Virus record (IMG/VR): IMGVR_UViG_2913123054_000008
Source of the DNA: a virus
Lineage: Duplodnaviria; Heunggongvirae; Uroviricota; Caudoviricetes
Length of the DNA stretch: 28,426 bases
Reading direction: 5' to 3' (one strand)
Shown here one piece after another: positions 9,643-18,396 of the stretch. Under the pieces are notes generated by a model. That model was not told where the DNA came from and did not search any database. It saw only the letters and a program-made list of their open reading frames with translations. The first letter of the stretch is position 1. Every line of letters starts with the position of its first letter. Both the position numbers and the translations under genes were made by a program.

Positions 9643-9990
9643 TTAACTCAGTGAAACAGTGGTTGAAACTGACGCACCGGTATCGGTGCGCATCCCGGTA
9701 ATATCGACATATATTTCGCCAGCGTCGCCGGTCTCAAAGCTGATGGCGGTAAGCCTGATGCGCGGCTCCCACTTCTGGATAGCCGAATAGCACGCCACCA
9801 TAATTTGCAGCCTGAGCGCCGGGTTTTGCGGCATATCAATTAGCGCCGACAGAAGCGAGCCATATTCACGACGCATCACCCGCGAGCCGACCGGCGTCAG
9901 CAGAATGTCGCGCATGCTCTGGCTGATATGCTCGGTATCGCTGATGCCGAGGCCAGTATTTCGGTTCATACCCTGATAACGCGCTGTCAT
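9643..9990 (-). CDS. W: baseplate protein W (GPW/gp25 family)
   Basis: 115 aa; size and position between V and J. Confidence 0.85.
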   Translation of the reverse strand: MTARYQGMNRNTGLGISDTEHISQSMRDILLTPVGSRVMRREYGSLLSALIDMPQNPALRLQIMVACYSAIQKWEPRIRLTAISFETGDAGEIYVDITGMRTDTGASVSTTVSLS

Positions 9991-10622
9991 ATCGGCGCAC
10001 CCGTTGTCCCGCCGCTGTCGCCGGGGTGTTTATGGGTGTGGAGCACCTTGCCATTAGATGACAGTGACCCGCCTGTATGCTCGATGTTGCCTTTCATCGT
10101 TCCGCCCTTTTGCACCTCAAGCGTCGCTGTCGTCAGCTTGTTGGTGCAAATCACCTCGGGGGTGTCGAGGGTGATACTGGTTGAGGCTTTCACCAGTACC
10201 AGCGGCACGGTTGCGGTGATGGATCCCGATGCCGTCACGTCGGCCGTTTTGATGCCGCTGACCGTCAGCGCACTGGTCTCGGGCTCGTACTCAATGACCG
10301 CACCATCAGGGAAAACCACATGCCACGCATCCGCCGAGGCAGAGGGGGCGGGGTTATCGTCGGAGAAAATTCCAGGCAGCACGAAAGCGGTATCAAGCTC
10401 GCCACCGATTGCCAGCAGCAGAACCTGCTCACCGACCGAGGGAGCCCACCACGTCCGCGAACGACCGGCGCGGGTGGTCAGCCAGTTCAGCCATGTAGTC
10501 TGGATCCCGCCGCTTTGTACGCGGCACAGCCCCTGCACGGTATCAACCTCAGTCACCACACCTGAGCGGATGAGGTTGCGAATCGCGCGCGCGAGCTCCT
10601 GTATCGTGGATAACGTATTCAT
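9987..10622 (-). CDS. V: baseplate central spike protein V
   Basis: 211 aa; first gene of the V-W-J-I-H operon; size as P2 gpV. Confidence 0.85.
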   Translation of the reverse strand: MNTLSTIQELARAIRNLIRSGVVTEVDTVQGLCRVQSGGIQTTWLNWLTTRAGRSRTWWAPSVGEQVLLLAIGGELDTAFVLPGIFSDDNPAPSASADAWHVVFPDGAVIEYEPETSALTVSGIKTADVTASGSITATVPLVLVKASTSITLDTPEVICTNKLTTATLEVQKGGTMKGNIEHTGGSLSSNGKVLHTHKHPGDSGGTTGAPI

Positions 10623-10690
10623 AGTGCAAGGATGCCTCTGGTCTGGAGTCGCGCCAATTCGCGCGGCTCCGGTGGTGGTTCACACAATAT

Positions 10691-11140
10691 TTATTTGCCG
10701 AGATGCCTGATAATGACGTCTTCAATCATCTGCTCATCGTCGCGGGTGAAACCGAGTAACGGGCGCGCCTCGTACTGCACATCCCGGCTGTTGCGGTTTG
10801 GTCTGTCTTTGAGCCCGTACTGATGCACCCGCGCCATGCGCTGCACCTTGCCGGTAAACTCCACCACCGCCGCACTGTCGCTGCCTTTGGCTTTCATAAA
10901 GCGACTGGTGCGCAGTTTGGCGAACATTTCACGTTTAATCCGACCTTTCTTGCTCCTCACCGGCTGGCGCTTTCGTGCCGCATACAGGGTGCCGTCTGGT
11001 GCCTGCTGGCGCTTGATACGCTGTTGCTGACTGGTACGCAGCTTTTTCGCAATCTCAGCCGCCATTTGCCGACGCGCCGCCGGTGACAGGCTGGCAATCA
11101 GACCGGCAAGGCGTTCCTGCAGTGCGGTTAACTCACTCAT
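10691..11140 (-). CDS. S: tail completion protein S
   Basis: 149 aa; synteny R-S; basic/Q-rich N-terminus typical of gpS. Confidence 0.8.
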   Translation of the reverse strand: MSELTALQERLAGLIASLSPAARRQMAAEIAKKLRTSQQQRIKRQQAPDGTLYAARKRQPVRSKKGRIKREMFAKLRTSRFMKAKGSDSAAVVEFTGKVQRMARVHQYGLKDRPNRNSRDVQYEARPLLGFTRDDEQMIEDVIIRHLGK

Positions 11141-11609
11141 CCCACTTACTCACCAGTTCGCCGTTAACGTACAGCTCGACCGGGCGCGTCACCGGCTCAG
11201 GCAGCGTCGGCTCAGGGGCATAGCTGACATGCAGCGCGCCGTCGACCTCTTTGACGAGCGTGCGCTCGGTGAGCCTCAGGCTGATACTGATATCGAGCGA
11301 ATCGTCGTTATTGATATCAATAATCCAGGTGAATCCTTTTTCCCGCCCGTCGTCGGTGGTCATAATGTCCGGCTGATGTTCACGCAGCCACGCCTGCACC
11401 GGCACGAATATCAAATCAAGGTCACCGGTGAAGTCGGTCACCACCACGTTAAGCACGTACACCTTTTCAAACGACAGCGAGCTCGCCAGTCTGGAATCGG
11501 TATGGCCGTTGTCGGCAAAAAGGCGCAGCATATCGGGGTTGTTTCGGAGCTGCGGCACGGCGTTAATCAGCGCTTTGCGCAGGCTTTTGTGCTTCTGCAT
11601 CGAGTTCAT
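11133..11609 (-). CDS. R: tail completion protein R
   Basis: 158 aa; directly after the lysis genes; size as P2 gpR. Confidence 0.8.
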   Translation of the reverse strand: MNSMQKHKSLRKALINAVPQLRNNPDMLRLFADNGHTDSRLASSLSFEKVYVLNVVVTDFTGDLDLIFVPVQAWLREHQPDIMTTDDGREKGFTWIIDINNDDSLDISISLRLTERTLVKEVDGALHVSYAPEPTLPEPVTRPVELYVNGELVSKWDE

Positions 11610-11853
11610 CCTGACAGTGTTTGACGGTTTTGACTTGTAGCGCGCAGGCGATCAGCGCGCCCTCAAGGCGGCGGATATCTGCGCTCAGGTCACCATTGGT
11701 TTTCGGGTCACTTCCCGGCATCTGGCAAAGGCTCACTCTCGGGCATCCGTTGACCACAATCACCGGCGCTGGCGCAGGCGGTGCGGATGTGCAACCGACG
11801 CACAACATCAGGTAAAGCAGCGTTATACCAGCGGCGAAAGGCTTCATTTTCAT
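11563..11853 (-). CDS. lysC: Rz1-like outer-membrane spanin (LysC-like), overlapping the Rz gene in another frame
   Basis: 96 aa; N-terminal signal-like hydrophobic segment with cysteines (LMLCVGC) followed by a Pro-rich stretch; starts inside the Rz-like gene and extends beyond it. The lipobox is non-canonical. Confidence 0.5.
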   Translation of the reverse strand: MKMKPFAAGITLLYLMLCVGCTSAPPAPAPVIVVNGCPRVSLCQMPGSDPKTNGDLSADIRRLEGALIACALQVKTVKHCQDELDAEAQKPAQSAD

Positions 11854-12121
11854 TAAGTAACCTCGTTATTGATTGCTCGCGGCGGCTGGCTTCCTCGCTG
11901 GCCTTTGCGAGCTGTTCACGCAGTGCCACCTGCGCAGATTCATTACGTCTGGCAAGCTGACCGGTAACACTGAGCTGATTTTTCAGCATGCCAATCGTCG
12001 TCTTTTGTTCGCTCGCGACGCGGTTTGCTGTCTCAAAGGAGCGGGATAAATTGCCGTTCTCATGGCGCAACCACAACATCCCGAGCACAGTCAGCACCAG
12101 AAGTGTAATCAGGATTTTCAT
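11708..12121 (-). CDS. lysB: Rz-like inner-membrane spanin (LysB-like)
   Basis: Start chosen at MKILITLLVLTVLGMLWL (N-terminal TM anchor); its ATG overlaps the endolysin stop as ATGA; coiled-coil-like charged periplasmic part. Confidence 0.7.
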   Translation of the reverse strand: MKILITLLVLTVLGMLWLRHENGNLSRSFETANRVASEQKTTIGMLKNQLSVTGQLARRNESAQVALREQLAKASEEASRREQSITRLLNENEAFRRWYNAALPDVVRRLHIRTACASAGDCGQRMPESEPLPDAGK

Positions 12122-12615
12122 TCCATTACCCCGCCAGCGGTGCGCCATACGGTGACCAGTTTGTCGAGGCTGTGCTCACGTTGGCCGTAACCGGCACCCG
12201 GTAACGACGCCCAGATATTGCGGCACCGTGAAATTGCCCGCTCAATACGCCCCGCCTTAATATCCTCAATGGCACCGCGTTCGCGGATTAACTGAATCGC
12301 AAGTTTGTCCTGCGACAACGGGCTGAAATCAGGCAATGCGAGTTGTTTCTGATAGTGCGGCCAGTAGAGATAAAGCTGCTGGTAACGCCCTGATGCCGTG
12401 GATTTTTCGCCGCGTCGATTAAACACTTTCGCTGGTCTGCCATGTGCGAAAGGGTGGTCGGTGTAGTCGGTGAAAATTTCCGGCTTGCCATCAAGGCCAG
12501 TGACAATGACGTCGTAACCACGATTTTTCGTCAGCGGATGCATCGCCGTCCCTTCGGAATAGGCCAGCATGTCCAGAAATGCGGCGATATTCTGGTGAGT
12601 ATTAATGACCGGCAT
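12118..12615 (-). CDS. K: endolysin (phage lysozyme, gpK-like)
   Basis: Start chosen at the internal Met (MPVINTHQNIAAFLDMLAYSEGT...), giving about 165 aa; the longer 242 aa ORF would overlap the holin gene; typical lysozyme N-terminal motif. Confidence 0.85.
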   Translation of the reverse strand: MPVINTHQNIAAFLDMLAYSEGTAMHPLTKNRGYDVIVTGLDGKPEIFTDYTDHPFAHGRPAKVFNRRGEKSTASGRYQQLYLYWPHYQKQLALPDFSPLSQDKLAIQLIRERGAIEDIKAGRIERAISRCRNIWASLPGAGYGQREHSLDKLVTVWRTAGGVME

Positions 12616-12898
12616 CGCTATCCCCCTGTTGTGACTTAAAGCGGCGCTGAATGGCGATTTCCACCACCTGATAACCTGCAATGCCGAGCATGGATCCAAT
12701 CCCACAAACGGCAGGCAGTGACATATCTGGAAACTGCACCAGAACAACACCGGCGACCATTGAAACAAAACCGCCGAGCAGCATGCGGCCGATAAACAGG
12801 CGCGGGGTAATGGGCTCACCACCCGCCAGCACTTTTCCGACAACAATCATCACGCCAATCACAAACAGTGACAGGACGCCTTTTTCCCCTTCTGTCAT
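12602..12898 (-). CDS. Y: holin (gpY-like)
   Basis: 98 aa with hydrophobic TM segments and a charged C-terminus; immediately upstream of the endolysin. Confidence 0.75.
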   Translation of the reverse strand: MTEGEKGVLSLFVIGVMIVVGKVLAGGEPITPRLFIGRMLLGGFVSMVAGVVLVQFPDMSLPAVCGIGSMLGIAGYQVVEIAIQRRFKSQQGDSDAGH

Positions 12899-12901
12899 GG
12901 T

Positions 12902-13105
12902 TTACTCCCAAAGGTTGATAGTTTCTGTTACGGGTGACGATGCCACGTCGGGCAGGTCAATCGCCGTGCCATGCGGCAGAATGACGCCCAGCTCAGACAG
13001 ACCGGGATTAGCCTGCAGCACCGTCTCGACCACGCCCTCAGTGCGCCCGTAATACCGGGCGCAAAGCGCGTCGATGGTGTCGCCCTGCATCGCGTAGACT
13101 TTCAT
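12902..13105 (-). CDS. X: tail protein X
   Basis: 67 aa from the internal Met (MKVYAMQGDTIDAL...); its ATG overlaps the L stop as ATGA; position between L and the holin. Confidence 0.7.
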   Translation of the reverse strand: MKVYAMQGDTIDALCARYYGRTEGVVETVLQANPGLSELGVILPHGTAIDLPDVASSPVTETINLWE

Positions 13106-13614
13106 CAGAGCTGACCCACGATGCAGCGCGGCTTGTCCTGCAGACGCGAGACCGACCAGCGCATATCCCGCCACAGGTCATCAATGGTGGTTTCGACGCT
13201 GTCGGCTTTTTTGTCACCCTTGCCCGTGGCCTCAACCCCGCGATAACGCTCATACAGGGTGGCGGTCGCCATCGCCGTCACGGCGCTGAGGTAGTGGAAA
13301 ACGCGCACATTCTCGCCGTCGATTTCCTCGGCGTCAGGCACGTCGGCCAGTGTCTTAAACCCTGCGGCAATCTGGCGCAGCCGGTAGTCGTAAAGCTCCG
13401 CATTGGTTTCCGCCATGCCGGTCTTGATGGCGTTGCGCAGGCGCGCATCGGAAACCGTCTGCTCAAGGCGCATCAGTTCGCGCACCCGCTTCGGATCCAC
13501 ATCAGGGAAAAAGAACGTGTTTTTAATCACTACGTCGCCCGTCTCCGGTGCGGGAATCACCACGCCCGGTACGTCCTGCGGTTCGTCGGGCTGATTCAGT
13601 ATTACTGTCGTCAT
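13105..13614 (-). CDS. L: head completion/stabilisation protein L
   Basis: 169 aa, same length as P2 gpL; GAGG RBS upstream; synteny M-L-X. Confidence 0.85.
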   Translation of the reverse strand: MTTVILNQPDEPQDVPGVVIPAPETGDVVIKNTFFFPDVDPKRVRELMRLEQTVSDARLRNAIKTGMAETNAELYDYRLRQIAAGFKTLADVPDAEEIDGENVRVFHYLSAVTAMATATLYERYRGVEATGKGDKKADSVETTIDDLWRDMRWSVSRLQDKPRCIVGQL

Positions 13615-13707
13615 GACAACCTCATTAGGTTGGGCGGTGGACGCCGGTCGCCGTCAGGGTCAAAACCCACTTTGACCGGCGTGCCGCCCGGCTCGGGGAG
13701 CGTTCAG

Positions 13708-14457
13708 TTAACCGGCGGTTTTTACCGCCTTTGGTGGACGCCCGCGCTTTGCCGCCGGTTTGTTGGCAGGTTTGCGCGTGCGCGGTTTAGTCGTTTTACG
13801 GGATGCTGCCTCTGGCTTTGGCTTCAATGCGCGCTCCAGCCGCTCAATCTCTTTGCGCACACCGGCATTGCGGTCGAGCTGCATCGCGCGCTGAAACTGT
13901 GCCAGTGCTTCGGCGCTCTGACCGGCATCGCGCAGGGTTAGACCGGTCACCTTATGCAGTCGAGCGCGCACCATATCGGGAACGTCAGCGCCGTCGGTCA
14001 GGCTAAGGGTGGTCAGCAGTAATGCGAGGTCGACAGGCTCACCGGCATCGCGCAGGCGCAGCGCGGCAAGCGCCACCTCCTCAACCAGCATGTAAGGTGT
14101 CGTGCGGCGATAGTCAGAGGTGAGGCCGTACTTCAGCGCGTATGGCGCAATTTCCAGCGCGCCAGCGATATCACCGGCATCGAGACGCCACAGCATGACT
14201 GTCATCAGAATGTCATCCTGCGCACCACGGCCATCAGCCAGCACACCGGCGACCCACGGCGCATAGAACGGCAGCAGCTCACGCTTTTTCGCGGCTTTCA
14301 GTTCGTTTGAACGGATGGTTTTCAACGTGCGGCGGTCATCGGCCAGCTTTACCAGCATCTGCTCGTAGGCGGTTGCATGGCGCAGCGGGGCTTGTTCCCG
14401 CTGCGCGGCTTGAGAGGCCGAGACCCGCATCATGTGACGCTGTGCGGGGCTCGTCAT
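13708..14457 (-). CDS. M: terminase small (endonuclease) subunit M
   Basis: Start at MTSPAQRHMMRVSAS... with a GGAGAG RBS; about 249 aa; basic Lys/Arg/Pro-rich C-terminal tail; synteny N-M-L. Confidence 0.85.
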   Translation of the reverse strand: MTSPAQRHMMRVSASQAAQREQAPLRHATAYEQMLVKLADDRRTLKTIRSNELKAAKKRELLPFYAPWVAGVLADGRGAQDDILMTVMLWRLDAGDIAGALEIAPYALKYGLTSDYRRTTPYMLVEEVALAALRLRDAGEPVDLALLLTTLSLTDGADVPDMVRARLHKVTGLTLRDAGQSAEALAQFQRAMQLDRNAGVRKEIERLERALKPKPEAASRKTTKPRTRKPANKPAAKRGRPPKAVKTAG

Positions 14458-14461
14458 GGGC

Positions 14462-15529
14462 TTACTCTCCGCTTTCCGGTGCTGCAGGTGCGGTGAAATC
14501 GCCCAGGGTGATGTTTTCCAGCAGACACCCGGCGGCATACGCCTCGACCACATAGTCGATATTCATTGACTCGTAGTTTTCCACGCGGTCTTTTTTCGGG
14601 TTTTCATCAATGCTGCGGCGGTGGCTCTCATCCATGAAATAGATAGAGAGGTTTTCCAGCGTTGTCACTAACACGGCATTCGCCGGGAAGTACGGTACAC
14701 GCACAGCAGGCAGGTTGCCGATTCGCTTCTGGCTGATGATGATATCTGCCGCGAGCGCTTCGCTGTTTTCTTGCGGCTTGTTCACCAGCGGGAAATATTT
14801 GTCGGCCAGCAGCTTACGGCCAACGATGGCAACGAGTTTCGGGTCATCCTGATAAACCTCGTCAATCAGGTTGTTGGTAGCATCCATCACCAGCGCGTCG
14901 AGGTTCTCATAGTCGCCGTTTTTACCGACGCGAATCACTGCCGAAACGACCTTACCGTCAGCATCGGTGATATTGCTCATCACACGCGTCGGGGCTTCGT
15001 TGCGGTATTTCTGCAGCCAGCCGACGGCTACATCCTGCAGCATCGGATTTTTGGTGCGGTCAGAGGTGGCAGCACGGGTGGTACCGTTAAAACCGGCCAT
15101 GATGAAATCGAGCGCCTGACGCTTAACAATGGCGTCACGGATGCGGCGCTGAAAGTCCTGAAAACGCGCCCACAGGTCGAGGGTTTTATATTTCAGATGG
15201 AAGTCAAAGTTAATCTGGTCGCACTCGTACTTGTTGGACTCAAGCGCGGTGAAGTCTGCGGTCTTACGCTCATCATCGCCCGAGGTGTCGGTCGTGCTGG
15301 CGATAGTACCGGTCACACCGACGCCGATTTTCTCACCCTTCATTTCTGCGACCGGCAGAATGTTAATCGTCTGCAGAAACGCGGATGACTCCTGCACTTT
15401 GTTCATCAGCGTTTGCGTGACGGACGGCTCGACGGTGAATTTTTTACTGACGTCATCAGTGCTGATGCCGTTCAGCTCAGCGACGCGGGTCAGATAGGCA
15501 TTGAACTTAAAACGGGTTTCCGGGCGCAT
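14462..15529 (-). CDS. N: major capsid protein N
   Basis: 355 aa; size and synteny O-N-M. Confidence 0.9.
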   Translation of the reverse strand: MRPETRFKFNAYLTRVAELNGISTDDVSKKFTVEPSVTQTLMNKVQESSAFLQTINILPVAEMKGEKIGVGVTGTIASTTDTSGDDERKTADFTALESNKYECDQINFDFHLKYKTLDLWARFQDFQRRIRDAIVKRQALDFIMAGFNGTTRAATSDRTKNPMLQDVAVGWLQKYRNEAPTRVMSNITDADGKVVSAVIRVGKNGDYENLDALVMDATNNLIDEVYQDDPKLVAIVGRKLLADKYFPLVNKPQENSEALAADIIISQKRIGNLPAVRVPYFPANAVLVTTLENLSIYFMDESHRRSIDENPKKDRVENYESMNIDYVVEAYAAGCLLENITLGDFTAPAAPESGE

Positions 15530-15605
15530 AGTATTTCCTGTTTGAATTTATCGGTTAGTCACTGCATCGGGCGGAGTTACCGCCCGGTTTCTGGTCTGCG
15601 GTTTA

Positions 15606-16460
15606 TCAGCAGTCGGTCAGCAGCTCATCGCCACCACCGCCGCTGGCTTTCGTGCGTCGCGGCTGGCTGAAACTTTCGGTTTTGTCGAGGGTGGCTTTCA
15701 GGGCGGAAAATGCCTGGCTGGTTTCTTCAATCTTGCCGGTCAGTTCCTGTTTAAAGGTGGTAAGCGCGGCTTCCATAGCGGAAAGACGCTTATCCTGCGC
15801 AGTGAGGTTGGTCTGCACATGCTCGCTGACGGTGGTCACCGCTTCATGCACATCATTCAGGCGCGCATCGTCGCTGACCTGCTTACGGCTGAAAATGGCT
15901 TTCACCTTATCTGCCAGGCTGTTTAGCACCGTATCGGAAACGTCTTCAAATTCCAGTTCGGCCAGCGTGGCAGCGGAAAAGACGTTTTCAGGGTTGGCCT
16001 TAAAGCGCTGCAGAGGGTTGTGCTTCGCGTTGCGGCAGAATTCGAGGTATTCAGTGCCGAGGCTCGCCGGGTCATCGGTGACAGCAAGGCCGACGAGGTA
16101 GCATTTGCCGGTATTGGCAAAATTCGGCTGAATTTCCATTGAGGTGTAGACCTTCTGCAATTTTTTATTCATCGCAATCAGGTCGTCGGTTGGGGTGATT
16201 CTGGCGAACAACGCCCATTTGCCGTTAAGCGCAGAATCGTCGTCAATTATTTCAGCTTTCAGTTCAACCACATCGCCTAAGCGTTTGAAGTCGCCATCAG
16301 GAAAGAGACCGCGAATATGCTCAAGGTTAATGCGGCAACCGTAGACGCGAGGGTCAAACGATTCGGCCATTTCCTGAATATCGTTGCCGCTGATAATGCG
16401 GCCGTCGCAGGTGTCACCCTCGACGCCGATGCGAAAGAATTTTGAGACTTTTTTTGCCAT
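15606..16460 (-). CDS. O: capsid scaffolding protein O
   Basis: 284 aa, same length as P2 gpO; divergent from the P gene. Confidence 0.9.
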   Translation of the reverse strand: MAKKVSKFFRIGVEGDTCDGRIISGNDIQEMAESFDPRVYGCRINLEHIRGLFPDGDFKRLGDVVELKAEIIDDDSALNGKWALFARITPTDDLIAMNKKLQKVYTSMEIQPNFANTGKCYLVGLAVTDDPASLGTEYLEFCRNAKHNPLQRFKANPENVFSAATLAELEFEDVSDTVLNSLADKVKAIFSRKQVSDDARLNDVHEAVTTVSEHVQTNLTAQDKRLSAMEAALTTFKQELTGKIEETSQAFSALKATLDKTESFSQPRRTKASGGGGDELLTDC

Positions 16461-16625
16461 TGTCAGGAGTCCTGAGGTTGAGGTTACTGGTCACCGCCAG
16501 TTTCCAGACTCAGGACACGCCAGACCACCAATGACGACTGGACAACCGCCCACACAACAGCACCTTAGCGAATCACTGACGGCCATTAAGTAGCCTTGCC
16601 CTGAATCCACTACGGCGAGGCATCA
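16461..16625. promoter_or_regulatory. divergent late-promoter region between O and P (activator-dependent promoters expected)
   Basis: 165 bp intergenic region between divergently transcribed late operons, as in P2. I could not find exact TGT-N12-ACA dyads by eye, so individual promoter elements are not called. Confidence 0.4.
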
Positions 16626-18395
16626 ATGACCATTTCCACCGATACAACCTTGTTGCATGACCCGCGACGGCAGGCATCGCTGCTTTACTGGCAGGGTTTT
16701 TCCGTGCCACAGATTGCCGAAATGCTGCAGGTCAAGCGCCCGACCGTGCAGAGCTGGAAGCAGCGCGACGGCTGGGACGGCATCGCGCCGATTTCCCGCG
16801 TTGAAAGCAGCCTTGAGGCTAGGCTGATTCAGCTCATCGCCAAGCCGCAAAAGACAGGGGGTGATTTCAAAGAGATTGACCTGCTCGGACGGCAGATTGA
16901 ACGGTTGGCGCGAGTCAACCGCTACAGCCAGACCGGCAACGAAGCCGACCTTAACCCCAACGTCGCCAACCGCAACAAAGGGGAGCGCAAAAAGCCGAAA
17001 AAGAATTTTTTCAGCGACGAGGCTATCGATAAACTAGAGGAATTATTTTTCGACCAGTCTTTCGAGTACCAGTTGCAGTGGTACCGCGCAGGACTGGAGC
17101 ACCGTATTCGTGACATTCTCAAATCCCGCCAGATTGGCGCGACATTCTATTTCTCCCGCGAGGCACTGCTGCGCGCACTCAAAACCGGCCATAACCAGAT
17201 ATTTTTATCAGCCAGTAAAACGCAGGCTTACGTGTTCCGCGAATACATCATCCAGTTTGCGCGACTGGTCGACGTTGACCTGACTGGCGACCCGATTGTC
17301 ATCGGTAACAACGGCGCAAAACTGATTTTTCTCGGTACCAATTCCAACACCGCGCAGAGCCATAACGGCGATCTGTATGTCGATGAAATATTCTGGATCC
17401 CGAATTTTCAGAAACTGCGCAAAGTCGCCTCGGGCATGGCCTCGCAAAAGCACCTGCGCTCGACCTATTTTTCGACACCTTCCACGCTGGCGCACGGCGC
17501 TTACCCCTTCTGGTCTGGCGAGCTGTTCAACAAGGGGCGCAGCCGGATTGCCGACCGCATCGAAATCGACATCAGTCACAGCGCGCTCGCCGGTGGCCAG
17601 CTCTGCGACGATGGCCAGTGGCGGCAGATTGTCACCATTGAGGACGCCCTTGCGGGTGGCTGCACCCTGTTCGACCTCGACCAGCTCAAATGCGAAAACA
17701 GTGATGAGGACTTTAAGAACCTGTTTATGTGCGAGTTTGTCGACGATAAAGCGTCGGTATTCCCGTTCGAGGAGCTGCAGCGCTGCATGGTCGATGTGAT
17801 GGAGGAATGGGAGGACTTTGCCCCGTTCGCCGACCATCCGTTCGGCTCTCGTCCTGTCTGGATTGGCTACGACCCGTCACACACCGGCGACAGTGCCGGG
17901 TGCGTCGTGCTCGCGCCGCCGGTGGTCTCTGGTGGCAAGTTCCGCATGCTGGAGCGCCACCAGTGGAAGGGCATGGATTTTGCAGCACAGGCAGAGGGCA
18001 TCCGCAAGCTGACCGAGAAATACAACGTCGAATACATCGGCATTGACGCAACCGGCCTCGGTCTCGGCGTGTTCCAGCTGGTGCGCTCATTTTACCCGTC
18101 GGCACGCGGCATCCGTTACACACCTGAAATGAAAACCGCAATGGTACTCAAGGCGAAAGACACCATTCGCCGTGGCTGTCTGGAGTACGACGCCGGAGCA
18201 ACCGACGTCACGCAGTCGTTTATGTCCATCCGCAAAACCATGACCAGCAGCGGGCGCAGCGCCACCTATGAGGCCAGCCGCACCGAGGAAGCCAGCCACG
18301 CCGATATCGCATGGGCGACCATGCACGCCCTGTTAAACGAACCGCTTTCTGCCGGTAGCGGCATGCAGCCTAAATCTATTCTGGAGTTCAACTAA
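16626..18395 (+). CDS. P: terminase large (ATPase) subunit P
   Basis: 589 aa; size and synteny with the downstream portal gene. Confidence 0.9.
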   Translation: MTISTDTTLLHDPRRQASLLYWQGFSVPQIAEMLQVKRPTVQSWKQRDGWDGIAPISRVESSLEARLIQLIAKPQKTGGDFKEIDLLGRQIERLARVNRYSQTGNEADLNPNVANRNKGERKKPKKNFFSDEAIDKLEELFFDQSFEYQLQWYRAGLEHRIRDILKSRQIGATFYFSREALLRALKTGHNQIFLSASKTQAYVFREYIIQFARLVDVDLTGDPIVIGNNGAKLIFLGTNSNTAQSHNGDLYVDEIFWIPNFQKLRKVASGMASQKHLRSTYFSTPSTLAHGAYPFWSGELFNKGRSRIADRIEIDISHSALAGGQLCDDGQWRQIVTIEDALAGGCTLFDLDQLKCENSDEDFKNLFMCEFVDDKASVFPFEELQRCMVDVMEEWEDFAPFADHPFGSRPVWIGYDPSHTGDSAGCVVLAPPVVSGGKFRMLERHQWKGMDFAAQAEGIRKLTEKYNVEYIGIDATGLGLGVFQLVRSFYPSARGIRYTPEMKTAMVLKAKDTIRRGCLEYDAGATDVTQSFMSIRKTMTSSGRSATYEASRTEEASHADIAWATMHALLNEPLSAGSGMQPKSILEFN

Positions 18396-18396
18396 A

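Noticed and set aside
9928-10710. 260 aa plus-strand ORF overlapping V and W
   Set aside because: Antisense to two syntenic baseplate genes; composition looks like a non-coding frame.
12118-12846. Long 242 aa form of the endolysin ORF (also the 281 aa form of M and the 90 aa form of X)
   Set aside because: The upstream extensions overlap neighbouring genes and lack RBSs; internal Met starts give P2-like sizes with RBS or ATGA coupling.
13294-13941. 215 aa plus-strand ORF overlapping L and M
   Set aside because: Antisense to conserved head genes; Arg/Gly/Cys-rich antisense-type translation.
14771-15388. 205 aa plus-strand ORF inside major capsid gene N
   Set aside because: Antisense to the capsid gene.
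16461-16625. Attempt to pinpoint activator (Ogr/B-type) binding dyads TGT-N12-ACA in the O-P intergenic region (and upstream of V and FI)
   Set aside because: No exact match to the dyad found by eye, so only the region is annotated.
17208-18141. Minus-strand ORFs (209 aa and 138 aa) inside terminase gene P
   Set aside because: Antisense to P; Arg/Cys-rich translations.
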